Shown in pieces: positions 52,498 through 64,000 of a stretch of DNA of 64,000 nucleotides. The notes below the pieces were generated by a model that had not been told where the DNA came from, searched no databases, and saw only the letters and a program-made list of their open reading frames with translations. The stretch comes from Paecilomyces variotii (taxonomy: Eukaryota). Each line of letters opens with the position of its first letter. Position 1 is the first letter of the stretch. Location of the stretch: assembly GCA_004022145.1 (NCBI GenBank), contig RCNU01000015.1. One strand, written 5' to 3'. The position numbers and the translations under genes are program-made.

Positions 52498-53157
52498 GTT
52501 GCATAACCACGGCTTGCGTAAGTATTGGTTGCCAAGACCCTGACCTGGACCGGACTAGAGACTCTTGTTGCTCTTCATGAATCCTTCTGACAGGAAGACG
52601 ACTCTTATAATACCATAGCCTCCATTTCTGAGCTTTCGGATATTGCTAACTTCAGGGGGTCCTTTGCAATTGCTCATTGACCTGCCTTTCAGCACGCCTG
52701 CCAATTTTGGAATGGCCCTGTATCTATTGACCTTCTTACATATTCACATAATCTCGTGCTACCCTTGCTGTCCATCAGAGATGTTCGGATATTTCCAAAC
52801 TAAGCAAGTTCCGCATGGGATTGGTAACATCTCACGTAATGGTGAATGAAGCAATGTATGAACTGAACAGTAAGCAAAACACATGATCGAGACCATAATC
52901 CAGAGATGAATGAAAATGTGGTCAATATTGGTGTTGCACTGCATCTCAGACGGCAGGCGGTGCAAACAAAGAAACGCATAGTGAGACAGATAATCAATCA
53001 CACTCCAGGTTCATCTCGGGTGTAACCATTCCACATTACCTACCTTGCTCCTTTCCGGTTGATATTCTTGCCCTACTTACTATCGCTCAGTGTTAGGATC
53101 GATAATATCGCATTCAACTACGCTTTTTCACCGCGGATCAGAAAGTTCGTGGCCGCC

Positions 53158-55014
53158 ATGGCATCAGCTGTGGGTGGTTCGGAGCTTGAGAACAATGCTA
53201 CGCCAACCGATGAGACGACCAAGGTCGTTACGGCCATGGGGCCCAGGTCAGGGTCGTCACCACAGTTGACAGTGCAGGACGACGGAGAGAACTATCCCTC
53301 AGGCCCAAAATTCTGGCTGATTGGTGCTGCGCTGTGTCTTGGTGGCTTCCTCGTCTCATTTGTTAGAAACTCGTTCTTCATCTTTGTACATTTTGAAAAA
53401 GATGAGTGACTCACTAATCTAGGATAGCACCCTTCTCTCTACCGCAGTCCCCGTGATCTCTGATGAGTTTCACTCTCTTGGTGATATCGGATGGTATAGC
53501 AGCGTGTACTTCCTCGCCATGTGTACCCCTCAGATGGTTTTGGTGAAGCTGAACGGTCGATATCCAATCCGATGGAACTACGGTATTGCCATGGCGCTCT
53601 TCATCGCTGGCTCTGCCCTCTGTGGTGCTGCTCCGAACTCCCCTGTGCTGATCGCCGGGCGTGCTCTTGCTGGTCTAGGCTCCTCTGGTCTCCTGGCGTC
53701 GAGCGCTGCCATGGTTCCTTTTCTGGCTCCTCCGTCAGAACGGCCGACCTTGTTTGGCTTGTTCGCAGGGGCAATGGGACTTGGCGTTGGTAGCGGTCCC
53801 CTAATCGGTGGCGCGTTGACTGAAAAAGTCACCTGGCGATGGAACTTCTATATGAATATCCCCATCGGCGCCGTCATCTACGCCATCTTCTATCTCACCG
53901 TACACCCCCAAAAGCCTGACTACTCCACGCCATGGCGAAGTTTCCTACGGACCCTCGATCTCCTTGGTCTGGCCACCTTCGCGCCCGCTACTGCGTGTCT
54001 GCTCATCGCCCTCCAGTGGGGAGGAACAACATATCCATGGGCTGACGTCCGCGTAATCGTTCTGCTCGTTTTGTCTGGCGTCCTGGCAGTCATATTTCTC
54101 GTAGTTGAGTTCTGGCTCGGAGACAGTGCCATGCTCCCGCGCCGCATCTTCTCCAAACGCAACGTTTGGTGTGCTGTCTGGTTCTGTTTCTGCGGTAATG
54201 GAGCTGCTGTCGTGTTGACATACTATTTACCCATGTAAGGCTCTGACTCATAAATCATCTCGTCGTGATCAAGTTGCACCCAATGCTGACCGTTTCTAGC
54301 TGGTTTCAAGGGGTCCAAGGAGACACTCCAGTCCTATCAGGGGTACATACTCTCCCACTCGTAGTCACGACGGTGTTCACCACGATCTTGGGTGGCATTC
54401 TCATCACTCTTTTCGGACACGTCGGACCCTTCATGGTTGCCGGATCCATCTTCATGGCCGTTGGAGCCGGCCTCTTAACCACTCTTGACAGCAACACCAG
54501 TGTCAGTAAATGGATCGGCTACCAGATCATCTATGCGTTAGGAGCCGCTTTCGGCAGACAATGTCCGAGTGTCTGCTTACAAAATCTGCTCCCAGAGAAA
54601 GATGCCCCCCTCGCCTACACTCTGGTCACTTTCATCTCGTTCGTTGCTGGGTAAGCTGTTATCTCAATTTCCATGCCTCCTTCTTCTTCCTCCCTTCTTC
54701 GTCTTCATCTTGCTCACACATCCCTCAAACACAGCGCAATCTTCGTCTCCACAGCGCAAGCTCTCTTTTCCAACCGTCTCGTCTCAGGTCTAGAAGGACT
54801 CGGAATGTCCAAAGCAGAAGCCACCGCATCCTTAGCTAAAGGTGTCATGTCCTTGACCCAGGGGCTGTCAGATGACGCCAAGACGGCGGTTCTGCACGTC
54901 CTGAATACGTCAATCGTGAACGCATGGCGCCTCCCAGTGGCCCTGTCGTGTATGAGCATCGTGGGGGCGCTGGTGTTGGAGCATCAGAAAGTGAAGGGGA
55001 AGCCGAATATCTAG
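53158..55014 (+). CDS. MFS drug/toxin efflux transporter (DHA2, AflT/GliA-like)
   Basis: ISDEFHSLGDIGWYSSVY, GSALCGAAPNS, LIAGRALAGLG, GPLIGGALTEKVTWRWNFYMNIPIG, LQWGGTTYPW, KWIGYQII. First intron 53362-53422, further introns near 54235-54299 and 54651-54734. Divergent from the PKS. Confidence 0.93.
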
Positions 55015-55893
55015 CCATCTTAATGTAATGTGGTTATGAGAATGGACGGCGTTGGTTGGGTGAATTTTAAAAGGAGGCCGGCGCGCCTTCCACTCGAATT
55101 GCTTTTTCTTTTTCCTTTTCCTACTCAGAAAAGGGGGCTTGAAAACAACTCAAGTATATGTTCGAGACGGGAAATTATTCCTCCGAATCAATCTTCATCT
55201 GCCATCATCAGGAACGTATGATGTAGGGATATTTATTTAACCAGAAGCGGGGTCTGCGGCTACCTCTCAAGCTACTCACAACAACACGATCCAATATCAT
55301 CATACGATAGAAGTATCGGATCCTCATGACATCCAATGCTTTCGCAAAACAAAACAAAAATACTACGTTCTCCCCGTGCTATTCCCCCACCGTCTCTCTC
55401 TCTCTCTGTAACTACTAGGTAGTTAGTTGGTTAGTCCGTCTTATGTAACTGCATAATTACCTCTCGGAGGTTAGATGCATTGAGCCGTCGCTTAACTCCG
55501 GTATTGGATAAGTCTGACGTGTAGGGTCAGCTGTTTGTTAGTTATGTTGTACGTTTCTGGATTTTATAAGTCAGAAGTGTCGTTTTTGTTGTTTTATTCT
55601 ATTTTCACAGATGATGGTGAGGATTTAGAATTGGGACTTTTGAGAGTATGTTTTGTTCTGATATACTTTTGTTATGATAATTGGTACTGATTAACTTGTA
55701 TATTCTAGGCCTTATATGACGATTCTATCTATCTACCTATCTAATACTTAAAAGTCCAAGAAAGAAGAAAACAATCCAACCTCATCATACTACCCGAAGA
55801 TAGACGATATAATTAACTACCTACTTACCATACTACTAATCAACCACCGTGGCTCGCTTCCTCTCTCGATCACCGCACCAACCACTCTCCAAA

Positions 55894-56871
55894 ATGATGA
55901 AAGCCATCGTAATCCACGAGCCCGGCGCTCCATCCGTGCTCAAACTCGAACAACGATCCATCCCCCGTCCCAGTCCAGGAGAAGTCCTCATCCGCGTGAA
56001 AGCCTTCGGACTGAACCGCTCTGAGATGTGCACGCGTCTAGGCCAGTCCCCCAGCGTGAAATTTCCCCGGATCCTCGGTATCGAAGCCGTCGGAACGGTT
56101 GAGCAGGCGCCCGGGAACGAAGATACGATCCCGTCCGGCGCGACGGCCGTGACGTGCATGGGTGGGATGGGCCGCATGTTCGATGGTGGGTATGCGGAGT
56201 ATACGTGTGTGCCGGCGAAGCAGGTGCAGGTTGTCAAGACGAAGTTATCGTGGGAGGTCCTGGGGGCGTTGCCGGAGATGATGCAGACGGCATGGGGGTC
56301 GTTGTTCACGGCGTTGAATCTGCAGAAGGGCGAGAGGCTGCTTATTCGCGGGGGAACGTCGTCGGTAGGGTTTGCTGCGGCTGGGATTGCGAAGCAGCAT
56401 GGAGCAATTGTGGCGTCGACGAGTCGCAAGAAGGAGCGGGAAGGGGTGGTTCGTGAGTATGGTGCTGATGAGTTCTTTGTGGATGATGGTGCGATTGCGA
56501 AGCAGCTTGAAGGCCAGGAAGAGAGGAAGTTCGATAAGGTGCTGGAGCTCGTCGGGACAGTGACGCTAGCGGATTCGCTTGCGTCGACGAAGAAGGGCGG
56601 TACGGTCTGCGTCACGGGGATCGTGGGCAATTCGTGGTCTATGGAGAAGTTCTCTCCGATGGAGATTATTCCTAAGGCGACGAAGCTGACGGTGTATGGA
56701 GGGACTGAAGAGGATCTGAAGACTATGCCGTTTGATGAGCTGGCTGAGCAGATCGAGCATGGCAAGTTGAAGGTCAAGATCGGGAAGGTGTTTAAGATGG
56801 ATCAAATCGTGGAGGCGCATCGTTGTATGGATGAGAGCAGGGCGGAGGGGAAAATTGTTGTTTTGACTTGA
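55894..56871 (+). CDS. MDR-superfamily NADPH-dependent quinone oxidoreductase-like / zinc-binding dehydrogenase-family protein
   Basis: [75 protein letters not shown]; intronless. Confidence 0.9.
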   Translation: MMKAIVIHEPGAPSVLKLEQRSIPRPSPGEVLIRVKAFGLNRSEMCTRLGQSPSVKFPRILGIEAVGTVEQAPGNEDTIPSGATAVTCMGGMGRMFDGGYAEYTCVPAKQVQVVKTKLSWEVLGALPEMMQTAWGSLFTALNLQKGERLLIRGGTSSVGFAAAGIAKQHGAIVASTSRKKEREGVVREYGADEFFVDDGAIAKQLEGQEERKFDKVLELVGTVTLADSLASTKKGGTVCVTGIVGNSWSMEKFSPMEIIPKATKLTVYGGTEEDLKTMPFDELAEQIEHGKLKVKIGKVFKMDQIVEAHRCMDESRAEGKIVVLT

Positions 56872-58641
56872 GAGTAAGCATATGTGTGCTTATATCAATA
56901 GCTCTGGGAGGAGTGCTGTGAAGCAGGTAATTCTCATTCGTCTCCCCTTAATGAAAATGTAGCAAGTCAAGTCTGAAAATGGCATCTGAAAGTCGCAAAT
57001 CAAATCTACTGTGTTATCATCCAGGGGTATCATTATCATCCTCATAAGCCTCAAGCTGTAGACAGAGAAGCAAGGAACTCATCTACCCAACTTCCAGTCT
57101 TTCCACGTCTCTGTCGTCGAGCATATTCCAGGGTGGACTTTGATTTGGCCATAATAACCATCGTTCTCATTCCTATCCAAAAAAAACCCCCTCTCCATCA
57201 ATCCAGCCACTAGGGACCAATGACTCGAGGTGCGGAGGAGGTATAGACTAGTAGAAGAAGTTGCTGAGGGGTTTGTATTTGGATACATAGTTTTATCTTT
57301 TTTTAGACGTAGATAGGAAAGAAGGTCTACCAAGTAGTCTGGATAATGTGAATGAAGTGGTAAGCTAAGGTACCTAGTGGAAATCTCACCGGTGGTACCA
57401 GTGGGCGTTACGCCGAGAGTTTTTAGAACCAGGATAAGCTGGCACCCCCAGACGCTCTTCGGCGGCTATGTTAGTTACTACTAGTAGTACTACCCATGTT
57501 TGAAGTAGCTGTGAGCCAATCGGTTCCTGTCACATCCCGCTTTGTAACTTCAGGAGATGCAAGTTAGCGCTCTGTACAACAGTGTATCCTATGGTCTTGG
57601 GGATTTGATCCTGACGGATTTTGTGGTGTTGAGCGTGAAGTGGACGAGCTGGTGCTTCGGTGGTGAGAATCTAAACCCACGCCTCTGCTCGACGATGCGC
57701 GCGCTCCAAAGTGCGATAATTTTGTTCCGTTGATGCGTAACCAATACATCTCAATTTACAGCTAGGTATTTTTTCATCTGCTTCCTTGAGAACGAATGCA
57801 AGATGTTCTGTTAAATCAGTCATGATCTTCATGATAATTGGTCGCTGCTGTCAGCGAATCCGGATGAAATTTCAAAGAAAAATTATACCTCTTATGGAGC
57901 CTTCAGGTAAGTTAGGTACATACTTCCTAGGTACTCAATGACAAATCCGCTCTCTTCGATTATATGAATCTGCCGGTGAGATTGAATCAAACATTGTGAA
58001 TTTTCAATGGAAAGTTATCGGGTGCAGCGTCCTGTATTAATTATCCACCAAAAACATCGTTTGCAGCTTCGGGTTCGTAAGTCCACGAACTTGAGCAAGA
58101 CAGTAGGGGAGGAAGAGAGGGGGGAGATAGCGGTCATAGGAAACGTATCTATCGTGCTCGAGAGATCATCGGTCTTCATTGTTATCTTTCCGGTAGATGC
58201 CATCTTGGCAAAAAGACTCTTGCGCCGTTGTGTACAAATGGTATTCAAATTGGAGTTGCGAGGTGAGATATGCAAGAAAAGGGGTCTCAACTGGACATTT
58301 CTAGTTAATCATTAACATAGAGACAAGATAATCAAGCTAGTTCGCAGCGATAACATGCTTGATTGGTCCAAGGGTGAATCCCTGTCGAATGATTGGTACT
58401 ATCCCTTTCACGCGCCTCTAGTAGACTCGGCGGTTATGTGTCTCGTCACAATCGTTAGCAAACAAAGAAGCAACAAGACGCTATCTTGATTGGGCAGCAC
58501 TCCTTGAACTGTCTGCAGTCAGTGGCTGCGGCAGCACTGCTGCCAGTCCCTTTGTCTTGCTCATAAACTGCTGATGCCTCATCTTTCATCCTCAGAATGT
58601 GTCCCTGAATCGGCAGAGTGGCAGTCACGAAGTTCTCTACA

Positions 58642-59675
58642 ATGATTTTTCTCAATTGTCGCGATCAGCGCCCTAGGCTAAGGCCAGTTCTACATGTTGC
58701 TCTCGTCCTTCTAGCGTTCTCATGGCTTTTGCATTCTTTTCACAGGTACAGTATGTGATTGAACGAGTACATCCTAGACTCTCCATTGATAAGTTTTCTA
58801 ATTGGACCGATCATAGACTCCACTGAGAACGATGTATCTCCATTGTCTCGACGGAAGGTCGGAAAAGTAATGGCGATATATGGCAATCACACGATCTACA
58901 AACGAACGATGGCTACACACGAGAAACAAAGTCGCCGGTTGGGGTATCCGCTTTTCGTTCTTGAGAGTCCTATACTTGATAGCTACTGGAATAAGTACGC
59001 TATTATCCTGTCAGTGATGTTACAGGAGTTAGCAAAACCAGCCGATAAAAGGCTGGAGTGGCTGTTGTAAGTTGTCGACTCACTTATGGTGTGGTAGTAT
59101 GTATGCTTACTTGCTGTGATCATCATAGTTGGTTCGATGCTGACACCGTGATCATGAACCCTTATATACCTTTAGAGACATTTCTACCTCCGCCACAACT
59201 ATCAGACATCCATCTGTTACTAACCAAAGATTGGAATGGTATCAACAATGGTGTTTTTCCAATTCGTGTGCATCGGTGGTCTGTCGAGTTCCTCACTGCC
59301 GCCATATCATATCCGGTCATTCATCCTGACGTATATCTTCACTGGCCTGATCAGTCAGCGATGAGCAATCTCATCCAAGATAATGATTACTTTTCCCGAT
59401 CAATTATTCACTGTCCATTGCGATGGTTCAACGCCTATATGAGATCGCCAGACGGCGAAGAACTAAATCCAGACTCGCCTCCGGAATATCAGGTACATCC
59501 TGGTGATCTTTTGGTACATTTTCCTGGAACCCCTGCAGATCACTTGGATCAGACCTTGGAACCGTATCTTGCCATAGCTGAAGCACACCGAGCTGAGTGG
59601 GAGTTGCCCCTTGAACAGACGGAGTATATAGAGCAAACACAGGAATTTTGGAGACCAAAACTGTCTCACCCGTGA
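58642..59675 (+). CDS. Glycosyltransferase family 34 (Mnn10/Gma12-like), type II membrane protein
   Basis: N-terminal TM segment VLHVALVLLAFSWLL; YWNKYAIIL; EWLL|WFDADTVIMNPYIPLETFLPP (DxD motif); DWNGINNGVF; WPDQSAM; GDLLVHFPG; two introns. Confidence 0.85.
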
Positions 59676-62215
59676 GATTTGATATGTGCGATTGTCAGAT
59701 AGTTCAGATTAGATGAGTTCATGTCGCGTTCCTCAATCAATTATGGCTGGCCATTCACCATGTTATTCGGGAAATTTCCAGGGAAGCCTCTACGTTGCTC
59801 CTCAATACTGACCGAGCCCTTCAAGTCTTCCCGGAGACAGCCAACATTGCTTGCGCACCTGACATGGTCAAGTGATGTTATGGGCAGTTCCGTCCTTTCT
59901 GAGTGTAATAAGTCGTTGGGAGAATGTCCTATCTTCCCATCAATCCCTGAAGATCACTGTAAAATTTCATTCCAAGGATAATCCCTCGCCTAAGATTATC
60001 TGCATTGGCTAGATCCGCCGATACAACAACGGGAACTTTATCGGACACTATGCAACTTTCGAAGCACACCGGGTGATCCGCGAACTAAGTACGAGGTGGA
60101 GGCAGTGGACCTGCCGTGTTACGAACTGCAGGTGGGGGTAACTAGGTAGTTATAGATGGCAGCTTACTCACAGATATATTATCAAACGCTCATGTTCTTC
60201 TACATAGATCCCCCTTCCTGTATACCTTAGACAATTTTCTCCTTGTCAGTTGCCAATAGCTCCTGCAGTACATACTGGTCATAATTGCTTTGTTTGAGGC
60301 TGCATTGAAAGAGAAAGCTGTTGCGATCAGTGAGTGTAGCTGATTCGATGAGAGCAACCGGGCGAAACCGGGTTTAGCTCGCCACTCAAGTGGGAGGGCG
60401 ATATACAAGAGCAGATAATACCGTAGGGTTTGTCTGACTTGATTTGTGTGGTTTCTAGCCGGTTGATACTTTTCATGTTATCGTTATTAGTAGAAAGAAC
60501 TTACATATCGAAGCGATTAACTTGATTACAGACACAGAAAATAACCAGACTGCAATAATGTTCGACAGAATTAATTAATTAAGTTACAGAAGTCGCCCAT
60601 CCGATCGAGTAAGTAACGACAGCCAGCCATGTGATCTGCCATGTGCCGCTGGAGAGCAGGTAATAATAATAATAATGAATTATTAATGATCAACATGTAT
60701 TTATCCCATGCCGTCCACTGGCACGTGTTGAAATTCTCCACGCTATCCCCGGACGATCCCGAGTGAGATCGACACCACGCAAACCAAGTGGTAGAAGCAC
60801 AGGACAATTGCTGGCCTGACTGGGGCCCGGGTTGATCGCGGGGCGTTTGCAGGATGCCAATGACATATTATTACGAATTATTTATAACAGAGCCGATCAG
60901 CAACACCGAGAACCAAAGAGAACAATGAAGCTGGTCGGCATCTCTCACCTGGAGGGAAACCCGCTCGGATGACATCGTTCTGCAGCGAGGGGCCGAGAAA
61001 TCGCCTAGGCCAGTTAGTGTCCCTTTAGTAGTTCAACTACGGAGGACTAAATATTATTTTCCTGCATGCATGCAACACTAGACTCCGGAGTCATTGTTGA
61101 GGGAAAAAAAAGATGCGGGGTTATCTGAAATACTATGGTACTATCTCGTCCTCCTGTCAACATCGCAAGACCAACGGTGAGCGAATCTGGACGAGAGCCA
61201 AAGGGTCGTTCAGGCACCAAAAGGCACCAGACGGCGCCAGACTCGTTCTCGCCTGAGGCTCGAGCGCCAAATGGCTGGGCGGGTGGGGCAAGTCACCTGG
61301 TCTGTGCCTTCCCCAGACAAACAGCGCAAACCGGAAAATGACGTCTTGTTGCTGCTCTTATTCTGATTCTTATGCTGAATATTGAGAATCATATTGATGA
61401 TGGTTTTCTTTGTTTGAATTGGATATCGGTGACACAGAAATAGAATAGAATATGAATAGAATACAAGCAGGTTGCATAGAATAATACAAGCAGTTGCGGC
61501 ATGTCCAGCTCCAGCAATCTGACCGGCCGTGACGTCGTTTTCCCCGTCCGGCTTCCCCAGATCGGCCGGCCATTCAGCGCTCCCCCCAGCACTGAAACTC
61601 CCAAGAGGTTCCCCGGGTCAATTCCATTCGCCATGGATCGGACACTCGTCTATCTAGTGTGATACACAAAGAGATCGCTCCTTGCTAACTTGACACTGGG
61701 ACCAGAAACCAGGTGGGAGGCAAGATCAAGACTGGTCACACTAGCTAGCCGGCTGGATCGCATGATTTCCTGCCGTGAGCTTGGTAGACAGCTTCTTCTT
61801 CTCTCCCTCGTCCTCCTCTGCGCCAGCTCCCCTTTCGATCATCTTTTCCATCTTCGCACGAAGCATCTTCCAGACCTTTCTCCAGAACGATTCGCGGGGG
61901 AAACAGATCCTCCCTCGATTGGCCCTCCCAATCTCAGATCGGTTTTCCAGCCTGTGAGACAGATCAGATCCAAGCAAGCTTCCTCCCGCACTGATCCCCC
62001 GGTCAACCCCAGTCCCGCCGTCGCATCCCCGCACTGCCAACCTTCAGAACAAAAAACTCCCTGTCGAGATCTGTCCTCCTTCAAAACCCCCCAGGACCCT
62101 TGCGCTTCGGGTCGATTCAATCCTCTACGGGTGTGCTGCTCGTCGTCTGGTCCGTCATCGTCTGTCAATTGCGCTGTCTTCTCCTCCAGGCGATCTCAGA
62201 GATCCAGATCACGTC

Positions 62216-64000
62216 ATGGCCGACTACGATGATGGCCCCGAGCCTCCCAGGCGGGACACTAGGAACCATATGCTGTTTGAGGTGGCTACGGAGGTTGCCA
62301 ATCGAGGTGAGCACGCTCTAGATAGAGATGGGAAATCAAATGCGATGCAGTATCAGCTAATGGTTCCTGATAGTCGGTGGGATCTACTCCGTCCTCAAGT
62401 CCAAGGCGCCCGTGACGACGGCAGAGTATGGCGATCGTTACACCCTCATCGGGCCCCTCAATAAAGCTTCCGTAGGTCCCCGGACTAGCGAGATGCATTG
62501 TACATACGTGATAGCTGCTGACTTCCTCCTAGGCTGCTGTGGAGGTGGAAGAGTTGACCCCGTCGAACCCGCACCTGGTCGAGACGATTGCGTCCATGAA
62601 GCAACGGGGAATCCATATTGTCTACGGGCGATGGTTGATTGAAGGCGCTCCCCGCGTGATCCTGATCGAGACGGGAACCGGATACAAATATCTGAACGAG
62701 TGGAAGGGAGATCTATGGAACTCGTCGGGCATTCCATCGCCAGAAGGTGATCATGAGACCAACGAGGCCATCGTCTTTGGTTACCTGGTAGCCTGGTTTC
62801 TAGGAGAGGTGAGTAGGATGCGATCCATCAGGAAACGACTGCTGACGGATCTTCTCAGTTCATCGCCCACGAACGTCGGCGAGCTGTGATCGCCCATTTC
62901 CATGAATGGCTCGCGGGAGTCGCCCTCCCTTTGACCAAGAAGCGACACATGGACCTAACCACCATCTTCACCACGCATGCTACTTTGCTGGGACGATACC
63001 TGTGTGCAGGCTCGGTCGACTTTTACAACAACCTGCAGTATTTCGACGTCGACGCTGAGGCGGGCAAGCGCGGCATCTACCACCGCTATTGCATCGAGAG
63101 AGCAGCTGCTCACTCCGCCGACGTCTTTACCACTGTCTCGCACATCACGGCATTCGAGAGCGAGCACTTGCTGAAGCGGAAACCCGACGGCGTGTTGCCC
63201 AATGGCCTCAACGTGAAGAAGTTTTCAGCGGTGCACGAGTTCCAGAACCTGCACTCGCAGGCCAAGGAGAAGATCCACGACTTCGTCCGCGGGCATTTCT
63301 ATGGATACAATGACTTTGATCTCGACAACACCTTGTACTTCTTCATCGCTGGTCGTTATGAGTTCCGGAACAAAGGCGTGGACATGTTTATCGAATCCCT
63401 GGCTCGTCTGAACCACCGTCTCAAGACAGCGGGTTCCAAGACAACCATCGTGGCCTTCATCATTATGCCGGCGCAGACGTCGTCTCTCACCGTCGAGGCC
63501 CTCAAGGGACAGGCGGTGGTCAAGTCGTTGCGGGACACCCTGGAGATGGTGGAGAAGGGCATTGGCAAGCGACTGTTTGAACGTTGTCTGTCCTGGAGAG
63601 AGGGCGACAACATGCCCGATGAGAAAGACCTCATCACGGCGCAGGATCGTGTGCTGCTCCGTCGCAGACTGTTTGCCATGAAGCGCCACACGTTGCCTCC
63701 GATTGTCACCCACAACATGATCAACGATGCAGAGGACCCGATCCTGAACCAGCTGCGACGGGTCCAGCTCTTCAATCACCCTGAGGACCGGGTCAAGGTC
63801 GTCTTCCACCCCGAGTTCCTCAATTCATCTAACCCGGTGTTGCCATTGGACTACGATGATTTTGTCCGGGGAACGCATCTGGGCGTCTTCCCGTCTTACT
63901 ATGAGCCATGGGGATACACCCCTGCCGAATGTACCGTCATGGGCGTTCCCAGTATCACGACCAATCTCTCTGGGTTCGGCTGTTACATGGAAGAGCTGAT
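62216..64000 (+). CDS. GSY: Glycogen synthase (GT3), 3' end beyond the window
   Basis: [95 protein letters not shown]; three introns in the 5' part. Confidence 0.97.

Noticed and set aside
57000-58400. Short ORFs of 60-100 aa between the MDR and GT34 genes (and near 59700-60400)
   Set aside because: No motifs, codon bias or coherent exon structure; cannot be supported as genes or pseudogenes.
29900-60500. Starship or transposon origin of the accessory interval
   Set aside because: No DUF3435-like captain, transposase, reverse transcriptase, terminal repeats or target-site duplication found by eye.

Overview
Intron-containing eukaryotic DNA from a filamentous ascomycete, most likely Eurotiales (Aspergillus/Penicillium/Talaromyces-like; GT-AG introns with CTRAC branch sites). 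The left ~30 kb is a housekeeping block: TRA1 (runs off the window), PP2A B56 subunit, TFIIIC Tau95 subunit, an unnamed protein with Acm1-like ABBA/KEN/D-box motifs, ribokinase, MCM5 and VPS54. From ~30 to ~60 kb is an accessory-looking zone. It holds orphan ORFs, a small spliced hydrophilic protein, an F-box protein and a compact secondary-metabolite cluster: P450, BAHD/Tri101-type acyltransferase, Zn2Cys6 regulator, ~2650-aa highly reducing PKS (KS-AT-DH-cMT-ER-KR-ACP, no release domain) and MFS exporter. An MDR oxidoreductase and a GT34 glycosyltransferase follow the cluster. Glycogen synthase starts at the right end. No tRNA, rRNA, CRISPR array or recognisable transposon was found. The strongest leads are the HR-PKS/trans-acyltransferase cluster with a shared TCGGA-W-N-TT promoter motif, and a probable hidden Acm1-like APC/C inhibitor. 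Gene models were built by eye and no database searches were run.
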